DNA of 64,000 nt from Eledone cirrhosa (taxonomy: Eukaryota): the NCBI GenBank assembly GCA_964016885.1, contig OZ024742.1, forward strand, positions 294,376,001 to 294,440,000. The letters run 5' to 3'. Both the position numbers and the translations under genes were made by a program. The notes below the pieces were generated by a model. The model did not search any database. It worked only from the letters and a program-made list of their open reading frames with translations, and was not told the origin of the DNA. Numbering within the stretch: position 1 is the first letter of the stretch; each line of letters starts with the position of its first letter. Positions 12,131 to 23,599 of this stretch are shown piece by piece.

Positions 12131-15100
12131 CATCTGGACGAGAATGCGAGCACTCCTCATTGTTTCGACCGCGGACGGCTAACATAACCCCATCGCCCCC
12201 CGCCCCCCACCGCCCCCAACCCCCAAACGCAATCCAAAACTTCAGAGTTGGTACCATAAATGTAGGCACCCTAAAGGGTCGCGCTAACGAGGTTGTAGAA
12301 ATGCTTGAACGTAAGGAGGTCGATGTTTGTTGTATTCAAGAGACCAGGTGGAGGGGTGGGTCTGCTAGGTTCATTGAGGGTAAAAAACGATGTTATAAGC
12401 TTTTCTGGGTGGGAAACGACGATGGGCTGGGTGGAGTAGGAATCATGGTAGCAGAAAAGTGGGCAGATAAGATAATAGACGTAAATAGAGTGACCGACAG
12501 AATAATTAAAATACGACTTGTCCTCAATAGAACTACGGTGACAGTAATATCTGCGTACGCACCCCAATCCGGACTGCCCGGCACTATAAAAGACAGATTC
12601 TATGAGACACTGATGCTAACTACCTCCCAAATATCCGACAGTGACTATATAATTATCGCAGGCGACCTAAATGGTCACGTTGGACAACATTGTGACGGCT
12701 ACGACGAAATCCATGGAGGCTATGGGTTTGGTACTAGAAATGAGGAAGGCTCCAGAATCCTGGAATTCTGTGATGCAAATAACCTAACTATCTGTAACAC
12801 TAACTTCAAAAAACGTGACAATCACTTGATCACCTATAGATCCGGGGAACACACAAGCCAGGTAGATTATATCCTTACCAGAAGACGTGACAGAGTGTCT
12901 GTTGTAAACACTAAATCCCTCCCCCATGAAGAATGCACCTCCCAACATAGACTGATAATTAGCGACCTCATAGTCAGGACGAGACGTACTCGACAACAGA
13001 AGAGGACTATCCTCAGGAGGAAAATATGGAAGCTAAAGGACCCCACAGCCAGGAATAAATTTCAAAGCATATTACTTGATGCTTTCGACAGTAAGGAAGA
13101 ACATTTAGAGTCGGACAATATAGAGGGAGAGTGGGAATTTCTGAAAGCAAACCTGCTGTTGGCGACAGACGAAGTCTGTGGCTGGAGCAGGCCTGTAGGC
13201 AGGAGGAGAGTAACATGGTGGTGGAACAGTAAGGTGGAGGGGTCAATTAAGGCCAAAAAGCAGGCTTGGAAAGTATGGCGGGATGGGGGAAGTAGAGAGG
13301 ACTATCAAGTGGCCAGGAGGGAAGCTAGGAGACAAGTGTACTTAGCAAGAAGGGAAGCTGAGGAAAGAAAGTTCAAGCATGTTCTACAACGCGATGACCA
13401 AAAACGTGAGGTGTTCAGGATTGCTAGGCAATGCGTCAAGGAAAACCGTGATATTGTCGGGGAGAAGTGTGTACTAAACGACGATGGCACACTTGCCATC
13501 ACCGACGCTGATAAGAAGGTAGCTTGGAAGTGTCACTATGAAAGGCTACTAAATGAGGAGAATAATTGGGAGAAAGGCAGTCTCCCCCATATCGACCCAA
13601 TAGAGGGACCAGCAGTGTTAGTCGAGGGGAGTATAATAAGTAAGGCAATCAAGGATATGAAGACGGGTAAGGCGGCTGGGCCTTCGGAAATAGTTGCTGA
13701 GATGCTGAAGGCATCTGGCACGGTGGGACACACCATGGTCACCCGCATAGTTAACCAAGTCGTACAGAATGGGGTTGTTCCGAAGGACTGGCATAGCAGC
13801 ATCATCGTTAACTGTTATAAGGGTAAAGGAGACGCCCTAGATAGGAGTAACTATAGAGGCATTAAATTAATCGACCAGGTCATGAAGGTCACGGAAAAAG
13901 TAATAGCGCAACTAATCAGAGAGAGAATTGACCTAGATGAAATGCAGTTCGGGTTTGTGTCAGGCAAAAGTACCACAGACGCTCTTTTCATAGTACGACA
14001 ACTACAGGAGAAGTACCTAGCTAAAGGTAAACCCCTCTACTTAGCTTTTGTCGACTTGGAGAAAGCCTTCGACAGAGTCCCCCGCTCCATTATCTGGTGG
14101 GCTCTTAGAAAACTAGGCGTTGACGAATGGCTTGTGAGGGCTATACAAGCCATGTATAAAGAAACAGTCAGCAAGGTTAGAATTAACAACGAATATAGTG
14201 AAGAGTTTAGCGTAAAAGTTGGCGTCCATCAGGGCTCTGTTCTCAGCCCACTACTATTTATTATTGCCCTTCAGGCTATAACAGAGGAGTTCAAGACAGG
14301 CTGCCCATGGGAACTCCTATACGCAGACGACCTGACACTCATAGCGGAATCAATGGCCGAGCTAGAGAAGAAATTCCAAACATGGAAGCACGGCCTAGAG
14401 TCAAAAGGACTTAAAATTAACCTGGCTAAGACCAAAGTACTAGTTTGTAGGAAAGAAAACAAGGCGGCGGTCCCTTCTGGGAAATGGTCGTGCTCGGTGT
14501 GTAGGAAAGGCGTAGGTAGAAACTCCATTTTATGTCCTAAATGCAAAGTATGGGTGCATAAAAGATGTAGTGGGATCACAGGTAAGCTAACTAAGAACAT
14601 AGATTTTACATGTGGCCGGTGCTCTGGTGCAATAAGTAGCAGCAAGTGCCCACAAGCTACTAGCTCTTTCAATTGCGCAGAGGGTTCTATAGAAATAGTG
14701 GACAGCTTCCGTTACCTGGGCGATAAAATCAGCAGTGGAGGAGGGTGCTCTGAAAGTACTGTAGCTAGAGTCAGAACTGGTTGGAAAAAGTTCAGAGAGC
14801 TTATACCACTATTAGCTGCTAAAGGGTTCTCACTAAAAATGAAAGGCAGGTTGTACGATGCCTGCATACGAACAGCAATGCTGCATGGCAGTGAGACCTG
14901 GGCATTGTGTGCAGAGGATATACGCAGACTAGAGAGGAACGAAGCTTGCATGCTCCGCTGGATGTGTAACAGTAATATACGTGAACGGCAAAGCATAAAC
15001 GAACTAAGGAAAAAATTAGAGATAAGAGGGATCAGATGTTGTTTACTCGAGAGAAGGCTACGTTGGTATGGACACGTGATGCGCATGAAAGTCGATAGCT

Positions 15101-15666
15101 GTATAACAAAGTGCAGGGCAATAAAGATAGACGGTAGTCACGGAATAGGCAGACCTAGAAAAACCTGGGACGAGCTGATAAACTCCGACATCACACACTT
15201 ACACCTCTCCAAGACAATGTCACTGGACCGAGACCTTTGGCGGTACTCAGTAACAGAGAAGACCCGCCTTACCTAAATATATAGTAAAACCTACTCCAGC
15301 CAGTAGGCATCCCTAACAAAATACACCCCGTCCCACCACCACCACCCCCACCCCATCCACACCACCCCGTTCTATGTAAAGTTATGTTGGTGCCGCGCCA
15401 TCGAGGCCGAAACAAATGAGATCGTGTAGGTGTCACGACAAAAAAACACACAGTCCACGCTGTAATGTGGCCGTGTAGGCAACACGGTAAAAACCTCCCA
15501 GACCCACACTGTAAATGTGGTTGGTGTTAGGAAGGGCATCCAACTGTAGAAAACCTGCCAGACAGTCCTATGCGAGCAAGACAATCACTCTTGCCTCAAG
15601 TGGGACTACCCCCGTCCAAACCCATGCAAGCGTGGAACACGGACGTTAAACGTTGATGATGATGAT
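12131..15666 (+). mobile_element. RTE-clade LINE, slightly 5'-truncated, with 3' UTR and (GAT)n tail
   Basis: Single long EN-RT ORF; tail ggacgttaaacgttgatgatgatgat; preceded directly by (TA)n. Confidence 0.95.
12160..15276 (+). CDS. RTE ORF: APE endonuclease + reverse transcriptase with embedded PHD-type finger (1038 aa, uninterrupted, no AUG before the EN domain)
   Basis: [62 protein letters not shown] motifs. Confidence 0.9.
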   Translation: MFRPRTANITPSPPAPHRPQPPNAIQNFRVGTINVGTLKGRANEVVEMLERKEVDVCCIQETRWRGGSARFIEGKKRCYKLFWVGNDDGLGGVGIMVAEKWADKIIDVNRVTDRIIKIRLVLNRTTVTVISAYAPQSGLPGTIKDRFYETLMLTTSQISDSDYIIIAGDLNGHVGQHCDGYDEIHGGYGFGTRNEEGSRILEFCDANNLTICNTNFKKRDNHLITYRSGEHTSQVDYILTRRRDRVSVVNTKSLPHEECTSQHRLIISDLIVRTRRTRQQKRTILRRKIWKLKDPTARNKFQSILLDAFDSKEEHLESDNIEGEWEFLKANLLLATDEVCGWSRPVGRRRVTWWWNSKVEGSIKAKKQAWKVWRDGGSREDYQVARREARRQVYLARREAEERKFKHVLQRDDQKREVFRIARQCVKENRDIVGEKCVLNDDGTLAITDADKKVAWKCHYERLLNEENNWEKGSLPHIDPIEGPAVLVEGSIISKAIKDMKTGKAAGPSEIVAEMLKASGTVGHTMVTRIVNQVVQNGVVPKDWHSSIIVNCYKGKGDALDRSNYRGIKLIDQVMKVTEKVIAQLIRERIDLDEMQFGFVSGKSTTDALFIVRQLQEKYLAKGKPLYLAFVDLEKAFDRVPRSIIWWALRKLGVDEWLVRAIQAMYKETVSKVRINNEYSEEFSVKVGVHQGSVLSPLLFIIALQAITEEFKTGCPWELLYADDLTLIAESMAELEKKFQTWKHGLESKGLKINLAKTKVLVCRKENKAAVPSGKWSCSVCRKGVGRNSILCPKCKVWVHKRCSGITGKLTKNIDFTCGRCSGAISSSKCPQATSSFNCAEGSIEIVDSFRYLGDKISSGGGCSESTVARVRTGWKKFRELIPLLAAKGFSLKMKGRLYDACIRTAMLHGSETWALCAEDIRRLERNEACMLRWMCNSNIRERQSINELRKKLEIRGIRCCLLERRLRWYGHVMRMKVDSCITKCRAIKIDGSHGIGRPRKTWDELINSDITHLHLSKTMSLDRDLWRYSVTEKTRLT

Positions 15667-15925
15667 CATCATCATCATCACCATTTTACGTCTGTTCTTC
15701 CACGCTACCATGGGTTAGACGGGTTGTCCTGTTGTGGGCAGTGTCTGGTCGGCTGACCTTGTCTTGCTCATACGGGAACTGATTCTGGCTTGATTTCTAC
15801 AGCTGGATGTCCTTTCTAACACCAACCTCATTTACAGTGAGTGCTGGGTGCTTTTTCCGTGACGCCTCCAAGTCCACTTTACAGTGTGGGCTGGGTGCTT
15901 TTTTGCCATGGCACCTCCACTGTGG
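15667..15925 (-). mobile_element. RTE 3'-UTR fragment, tail-to-tail with the preceding RTE
   Basis: (CAT)n followed by sequence nearly identical to 53601-53860. Confidence 0.75.
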
Positions 15926-16106
15926 CTGCCATATAGCAGGTACTAATCGGGTTGTTTGAGGCAATCACAAAGCACTCAATGGATCGATAAGCTAAATATT
16001 ATTGTCCAGAGAAATACACTACAGTTAAAAAGTGTGACACCAAGAAAAACGATCGAATGCAGTGGCTATGCTTATACCACAACAACGATAAATACAAAAA
16101 GGTTGA

Positions 16107-16172
<66 letters not shown>

Positions 16173-16625
16173 AGTTGTTGGTAGTATTTCTCGTGCACCA
16201 GATAAATTGTTATCAGGATACAGTCACTTCGACATATTAGTTTGTCCCTCCACCACTCCTAGATATCTTCAGATCAGATCTTAAAGGGGTTAACTCTCTT
16301 ATGGTGAAGACTGACTGATCATCAGTTCAGTGAAGCAGACATTGGTGAGTTCAGTTCCTGGTTAAATTGTTGATTTTTTTTTTTTTTATTAGTCACTAGT
16401 CCTCCCCTAGACACCCAAAGTAGGAAGTTATGACTATGTATGGGAGAGGAAGCTGTGTAAATTAATTCACTTTCTTTTCTGCCTTTTGTCTCTGCTTATT
16501 AACATGTGATAACAACCATACGCACACGCGTGTGGCCTGGTTATTATGTGATAAGACACACGTATGTGTGTATATATATATATACATATATACCAGTTTT
16601 ATAAATAAACATTGATGTACCCTTT

Positions 16626-19600
16626 CAAACCCAGACTCATCAGACTGTCTTTCTCGGACCCCGCAGAGGCAACCTCATATCATCTGGCCTCTGCTAAAGC
16701 TGGGCGTGAAAATCGGATTACCTTCCGAACACGCCCAGGCCTACCACCCCATGTACGTCCAAAACTACGTGCTGCAGCTTCCTTGAATCGGAACTCAGCA
16801 CAACATGAAAGTTTCAGTCTGCATGATGATGGGCAGTCTGCGTGATGATGGGCAGATCTGGAGGTTTGTCAAGGCTGGTGAAACGTGGAAGAGAGATACC
16901 AGCTGGTCTGAGTGTGATCTACCCACAATAACTGGCAATGTAAAAACTGCTACAACTCTGGGAAACTAAACCAGAACAACCTGCCACCCTCTACACACCA
17001 TCATAAACTGCGAGCAGGGTACAAATTGTTGTCCTTAAATGCTCGCAGTTTATGCAACAAGATACATCTGTTCGAATCCTACGTCAGAAGCATCGACCCT
17101 GACTTCATCACAGTCACGGAAACATGGGCACATTCCTTACTCTGTGATGGGGTTTTCACCATTACTGGGTACAACCTTTTCCGCAAGGACCGCATTAACC
17201 GCCGTGGTGGTGGTGTGATGGTCTACGTTCGTTCAAACTTTTCGGTAATTCCTTGCGTTGATTTGAACGAATCACAGGAAGAAGTTTTTTTTCTGTGACA
17301 TGCGTATGACCATGTCAACACTTCTGCTTGGTGTTGTTTATCGCCCCCCAAACTACCATCAGGACACACAGCTTTGCGATATCCTCAGAGTTGCTGCCAA
17401 GAAAACAGCCACTTATGTGTTTATTGCAGGTGACTTCAATCATCCTGAGATCGATTGGGAAACCTTTCGTTGGCCACAGGGTGCAAACGATTTCCTTGAA
17501 CTAGTGCTGGACTCAAACTGGTCACAAGTAGTCACCTCTCCAACAAGAGGTGACAACACTTTGGACCTGATCTTCACCACTACTCCTGAAGTGGTTATCA
17601 GTTGTACTACTGAGGAACCTCTAGGCGACTCTGATCATGCTATGATCATTGCCAATCTGGCACTTGAGGGCAGCAACAAAAACCAGAGCCATCTCCAATC
17701 TGCTTGCTTTGATTGGAAGAGGGCGGATTGGAACTTGTACTGCACTGAGCTACAGCGCCCAAACTGGCATGAGATGTATAACTCTGGAGATGTGAACTCT
17801 ATACTCCAGAGCATCCTGGACTCAATATGGATAGCGTGTGCAGCATCAGTGCCACGGAAGCGGAAAAATAACCACCCCAAAAGTGCAATCTGGGAAACTT
17901 CAGCGGTCTGACTTGCCAGGAAAGAACGTCGGAACGCTGAACGGGAATATAAACTGCATAGATCAGATGCCAACAGAAAAAAGCGGAATAAATCTTCTAA
18001 CCATCTCAAGCAAGTGACAAAGAAGGCAGTGCTTGAATTTGAACAGTGCATCGCAACCAATCCTGACAGTAAGGTGTTCTGGAAATATGTTCATTCAAAG
18101 CAGAGACCTCACTCTCCAGTTGGTCCTCTTCGCAATCCCCACACAAGCCAGATCACTGACGATCCCAAGGAATGCGCAGAACTCATTGCTGAGTGCTATG
18201 CAAGTATTTTTACTGTTGAAAACCAGAATGTACCATCTCCACCATCTCTAACATCAAATTCCATAACAACTATGGAATTTACACCTGCAATGTTGCGACG
18301 TCACCTTAAGAATAAGCGCAACTATGCCTCCCCTGGTCTTGATGGTGTGACATACCTGCTTCTCAAACGTGGCGGGTATTTCCTTTTGCGCCAACTTTCT
18401 TTTTTCTTTCAATACTGTCTCAGCAATGGTGCTACTCTGGAGCAGTGGAAAACTGCCAGTGTCATTCCCCTGTTCAAAAAGGGCAACCGCATGTCACCTG
18501 TCAACTATCGTCCAGTCAGTCTTACTAGCTGTATGGCCAAACTGATGGAATCCTGTGTCAGAGAAACACTTTGGAACTTCTGGAGCTCTCACAGCCTCAT
18601 CCGGCCCTCACAGTTTAGATTTATCCCTAACTCCAGTTGCTGTGATCAGCTTATCGAGTTCCTTGAGGACATCACCCAGATCACTGACAGCAGCTCATGG
18701 GTGGATGTTGTTTACCTTGACTTTGCTAAGGCTTTTAATTCTGTGCCACACAAAAGACTTATGGCAAAACTCTCTGCAATGGGTGTGAGGGATGATCTTT
18801 TCGACTGGCTGAAATCCTTCATTCTCAGCCGAAAGGAAGTAGTCACGGTTCTAGGACAGCATTCTTCACCATATGAGATGTCATCTGGTGTACCACAGGG
18901 ATCTGTTCTTGGTCCTCTTTTGTTTGTGGCATATATTAATGACATAGATGCCAACTTACAGAATGCCACGGTACTAAAATATGCAGATGACATCAAGCTG
19001 TACCTTGAAATCAAAAGGACTGATCCTGAAATTTACAACTCTTTCCTACAATCAGACCTGGACACAATGCAGCAATGGATCACAGACTGGCAACTGAAGC
19101 TGGCTGTGGACAAGTGTACCACCATGCATTTTGGAAGGAAAAATCCAGCGTCCACATACTCCCTCCACAACACTGATATCAAAAAGTCCTCTTGTGAACG
19201 TGACCTGGGCATTACTGTCAGCAACGATTTGCGTTGGACAAAGCATGTCTCTAAGATTGTCAAGAAGGCCGAGGGTGTCTTGGCATCACTCAGCAAGACC
19301 TTTGTTAGCCGCTCTCCAGCCATCTATTTAAAACTGTATACAGCTATGGTGCGACCACACTTGGAATTCGCATCATCAGTCTGGAACCCCTATCTTGCTC
19401 GGAACATTGACCTCCTGGAAACTGTTCAGAGACGTGCAACCAAGCGCATACCCTCCATCAGACACCTCCCATACTCTGAACGCCTTGCTTCCCTGGGCAT
19501 GGATTCATTGAAGCTCCGATGTCTGGCAATGGACTTGGTGAATACCCACAAAGTTTTTAACCATCTCGCCAACTGCAACCCTGAGCGCCTCTTTGATCTC

Positions 19601-20078
19601 CATGTGTCTAACACATGTGGACATGCCTACAAGATAAGAAAACAGCACAGCTCCCATGACTTTCGCAGACATTTTTTCACGCTCAGAGTTGCTGAAGCAT
19701 GGAACAAACTGCCTGCGTCAATTGTTAACTGCCGAGACACTGCATCCTTTAAGACACTCATGCTTCCCGAAATACGCCAAAACTACACCTGATGTACCCC
19801 TTCCATACACATGCACACATGTCTGTATCATGACTCGTGCACTGTTCATTTTACTGATGTTTGTGCATTGCCCTATGTACTGTACATGCACTTTTTTGAT
19901 GAGTTGTGGTGCACCTGGGCACTGTACACAATATTTCATTATTGTTATTGTTATTATATCATGACTCATACACTGTTCATTTTCCTGACATTTGTACATT
20001 ATTCTATGTACTATACATGCACATTTGATGAGTTGTAGTGCACCTGAGCACTGTACACAATAATTTCATTATTATTAT
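16626..20078 (+). mobile_element. CR1-group LINE copy B: ORF1 C-terminus, then ORF2 EN+RT with a frameshift (~17290) and a stop (17909)
   Basis: LSLNARS, VTETW, RGGGV, YRPP, AGDFN, SDH endonuclease motifs; RT ORF 18014-19792; (ATT)n tail. Confidence 0.93.
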
Positions 20079-20514
20079 CTTTAAAATGCGACTGTTACTT
20101 TTGGAAGACAAAACTGGTATATATACATATATATATATATATGGCCTGGTTATTATCATGTCTCCCTGTCTATGTAACCGAGTGTATCTATTTGTGCATG
20201 TGTGTATTTTATTACTGTGTATGTGTGTATGTTATAACTGTGCATGTATATGTATTTTTCATGTGTGTGTTTATTGTTTGTAAATGTGTGGTTAGTGTAA
20301 GTATATTTACATGTGCATGCATTTGTGTATTTTTTGTGTGTAAAAAAAGTATTTTTTTCCAGAAAGATTTCTACTTTTTGTTAAAAACTAAACAAAATGT
20401 TATTGTTTCGTAAATAGTTTTTAGAGGTTTTTCTGTGTTGTAAATAGTGTATTTTACTGTTTAGTGAGGGAGGGAAGGGCCATGACTAGTTTGTATGGTA
20501 TATCTAAAGTCTGT

Positions 20515-20778
20515 CTCAAGCCAGGAGGCTTGTCAGCCTGGTGCTTATCCTGGTTTCGTAGCATGAAACAGCTGAGAGTACAAGATTCGTCCCTGGACAG
20601 GATGCCAGTCCATTGCAGGGTTAAACCACCAGCTATTGCTGGTACTCATTTTTAGTTGAGTATAGCAATGTTAAATGAAGTGTTTTGCTCAAGAACACAA
20701 CACAACCCAGCCTAGTAAACAAACGCACAACATTATGATCTTAAGTGCAACACCTTTACTACTAGTCCACACACCTCC
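20515..20778 (-). mobile_element. tRNA-derived SINE; same family at 22605-22876 and partial at 44955-45094
   Basis: Dispersed copies sharing a tRNA-like head and core gttgtgttcttgagcaaaacacttcattt...aaccctgcaatggactggcatcctgtcc. Confidence 0.65.
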
Positions 20779-20929
20779 ATTGTATGATTATACACTCTCA
20801 GGTCCCAATTATAAGGGGCGTGGGGTGGAATAAGCGGCGGTGGGGGTGATTATTCAAGACCTGAGAGTAATTGATATTATTCTGTGTGATATACAGTTAT
20901 TATTTTCTGTGGTGTATAGCTGATATTAT

Positions 20930-21212
20930 TTTACGGGTCGATAAAATAAAGTACCAGTAATGCACTGAGTAATTGCTGGCCTTGTGTCAAAAGTAGAAAC
21001 AATTATTGTGTCTGATGTAGTTGATATTGGATTGGCAGTATCAGTAGGGGGTCGGATGCCATGCTTTGCAGCATAGTTATGCCCCTTTATGTTCTGAGTT
21101 CAAATCCTGCTGAAGTTAACTTTACCTTTCATCTTTACGGGGTCGATAAAATAAAGCACCAGTAATACACTGGGATAATAGCTGGCTTTGTGCCAAAAAT
21201 AGAAACAATTAT
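20930..21212 (+). mobile_element. tRNA-derived SINE (full copy ~21028-21212 plus an upstream tail fragment); same family at 47562-47745 and 29147-30120
   Basis: B-box-like gagttcaaatcc, core ctttcatc...ggggtcgataaaataaagtaccag (resembles the Nin domain, from memory), tail ggccttgtgcc...agaaacaattatt. Confidence 0.7.
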
Positions 21213-21989
21213 TGTATGTGGTATATGCATAGTTGGTATGTTTTTATCTCCATCCTATGTTAGCGATGACTGTCAGTTAATCAACAACTGCTTTCAAATC
21301 CTGTGTGACATTCAAGTATGTCACACAGGAACTAGCTGGGGGAAAAAAACAAACAAATAAACGAAACAATTTTCAATGTTAGAAATTCTAATTATTTATG
21401 CCATAGTTGCTGATTTATTTATTGTTTCTGTGCTAGATTCAGCAGAGAAAACTGACTTTGAGTGAAGATTTATTAGAATTGGCAGAGTCATTAGAACATT
21501 GGATATAATTCTTTATGGTATTTGTTTCTGCTCTCTGAGTTTAAATCCCACTGAGGTCAACTTTGCCTTTCATCAAGTTTGCCTTTCGAGGTCGATAAAA
21601 AAAGTACCAAGGTCGATTCTTCCTCAGTATCTCTTTCTCATTTCCTCTCTTTCACTTTCTATCTTTCTCCGGAAGAAAAATTGCTATACTCCGACCTGGA
21701 GAGGGAGGGGCTCAGCTAGGCTTCAAATGCTCAAGAAACGCTGTATGTCAATACGGTGACCTTATGACTCTATCAGGAGTTACGGAACCATACCATATAT
21801 GATAAACAGGAAGAACAAAAAAAAAAAAAAAAAGCCAAAAAAGCAGAGATAGAAGTGGAAGAAAAATTATATAATGAAAAAGCTGACTGTCTTGTTTCCG
21901 ATGAAAATAGTTGAAACTTTTTTTTTTTTTTACACACAACTACTTTAGCTAAGATGAGCTAAAACTTAATTCAGGGTTAATAAGCAGTG

Positions 21990-22450
21990 ACTTGTTGTTG
22001 TTGCTGCTGCTGCTACTGCTACTACTACTACTACTACTACTACTACCTATCAGTATTACCACCACTGTCCACAGCCATCATCATACGCCACCATCACTAT
22101 TCACCACCACTACTGCTGATACTGCAACTACTGTTACTGCTGATACTACTACTACTACTACTACCACCACATACCACATACCACCTACCACCACATACTA
22201 CATACCACCTACCACCACCCACCACCACCACTACTACCACCACCACCACCACATACTACCACCACCACATACCACATACTACCACCACCACCACCACCAC
22301 ATACTACCACCACCACCACCACATACTACCACCACCACATACCACATACTACCACCACCACATACTACCACCACCACATACCACCACCACATACCACCAC
22401 CACATACCACCACCACATACCACCACCACATACCACCATCACTACCAGCA
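21990..22450. repeat. Compound (TTG/CTG/CTA/CCA)n and CCACATA low-complexity tract
   Basis: Directly visible. Confidence 0.9.
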
Positions 22451-22604
22451 TAAGACATTCTCAAAAAATACAAAACGTTACTACATCACTTTAAAAGTTA
22501 ACTTTATTCTAATACAGCAAATTTTCACAACGGTCTGTCCACTAGTAAACACACCATAAACATTTGGAGGAACAAACTAATTTTTATTTATTTTCAGCTC
22601 AATT

Positions 22605-22876
22605 ACAAGCCAGGAGGCTAATCAAGCTAGTGCTTATCCCAGTTTCGTGGAGTGAAGCAACTGAGAATACAAGCCTTCTCTTGGACAGGATGCCAGTCCA
22701 TTGCAGGGTTAAACTCCTAGCTATTGCACGTACTTACTTTTAGCTGAGTATACTGGAGCAACATGAAATGAAGTGTTTTGCTCAAGAACACAACACACAA
22801 CCCAGCTCAGGAATTGAGCCCATGACATTATGATCGAAAGTCCAACACACACATACCACTAAGCCACGCGCCTCCA
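22605..22876 (-). mobile_element. tRNA-derived SINE
   Basis: Minus-strand head ggaggcgcgtggcttagtggt (A-box-like); homologous to 20515-20778. Confidence 0.65.
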
Positions 22877-22961
22877 CGGTAGCATGGAAAAGCTGGCAAA
22901 AAATAATGATAATCTTTAAAAATTACATGTTCAAATAGGTCATCCAGATTTCATAAATATT

Positions 22962-23186
22962 TTAACCCTTTAGCATTTACATTATTCTATATTAATGTAT
23001 TTCCATGGTAAACACTTTATTTTACATAATCATCTCATATAATATTGAATCTACGAGATTTTGATATTATTCATTTTGAAAACAATACCTTAACATCAGT
23101 ATGAGCAGCTGGTTATGGCCAGTTTGAACAGAAAGAGGTGAAAGAATTCTGGCTGGATACAGCCGGTTTAAATACTAAAGGGTTAA
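22962..23186. mobile_element. piggyBac-type MITE (TTAA-flanked); partial copy ends at 25216
   Basis: TTAA|CCCTTTAGCATTT ... AAATACTAAAGGG|TTAA; second full copy at 45416-45643. Confidence 0.8.
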
Positions 23187-23599
23187 AGCAGAAATTTCCA
23201 AACCTTTTTTTGGACCTCTGCCAAACAGAATATATTTCATTAACACCACACTCCATAAAATTCATAATTAACTTTTAATGATTTAAAAAAATATATATAT
23301 TTAAGTATTTATTAGATAACTACAGGTGACAGTTTTTACAAGTAATTACTAATTTGTATTCTTTACCTATTTCCTTCCCTGCCACCACCATCACTTGTCT
23401 TCCATTGATTTTTTTTTTTTTTTATTTTATTTTTTTTTTTTTTCCATCATATATTTCTTGGCTTATATACAAGTATATATGGGAATTGAAATATTGTATT
23501 TCTCTAGAAATATGGTCATGAAAGTGTTAGATCTGTGAGTGAATCTTTGTGGTTTATCATTAGTATAGAAATAGCAGCAAATTGCATCCCTTCTGTCTT

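Noticed and set aside
12131-12240. HDV-like ribozyme at the RTE 5' end
   Set aside because: The element is 5'-truncated within its ORF and I could not build the nested double pseudoknot
14271-15086. Antisense ORFs over LINE RT regions (also over the CR1 copies)
   Set aside because: Shadow frames of the coding strand; they recur only because the elements are repeated
16230-16350. Hammerhead-like strings (GUGAAGA-hairpin-GAAG on +, CUGAAGA...CGAAG on -) and a gtgagt donor as a possible atlastin 5' exon
   Set aside because: Core deviates at invariant positions and stems I and III do not form; no evidence links the donor to atlastin
19895-19935. TTGATGAG in the CR1 tail as a hammerhead core
   Set aside because: No GAAA or stem III follows; it is the LINE 3' recognition stem-loop region
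21028-21110. tRNA gene
   Set aside because: A/B-box-like head of a SINE with no complete cloverleaf; repeated with SINE body and tail
21987-22559. His/Thr/Pro-rich ORFs, one with a signal-peptide-like poly-Leu start
   Set aside because: Derived from trinucleotide repeats; open in several frames; no splice or homology support
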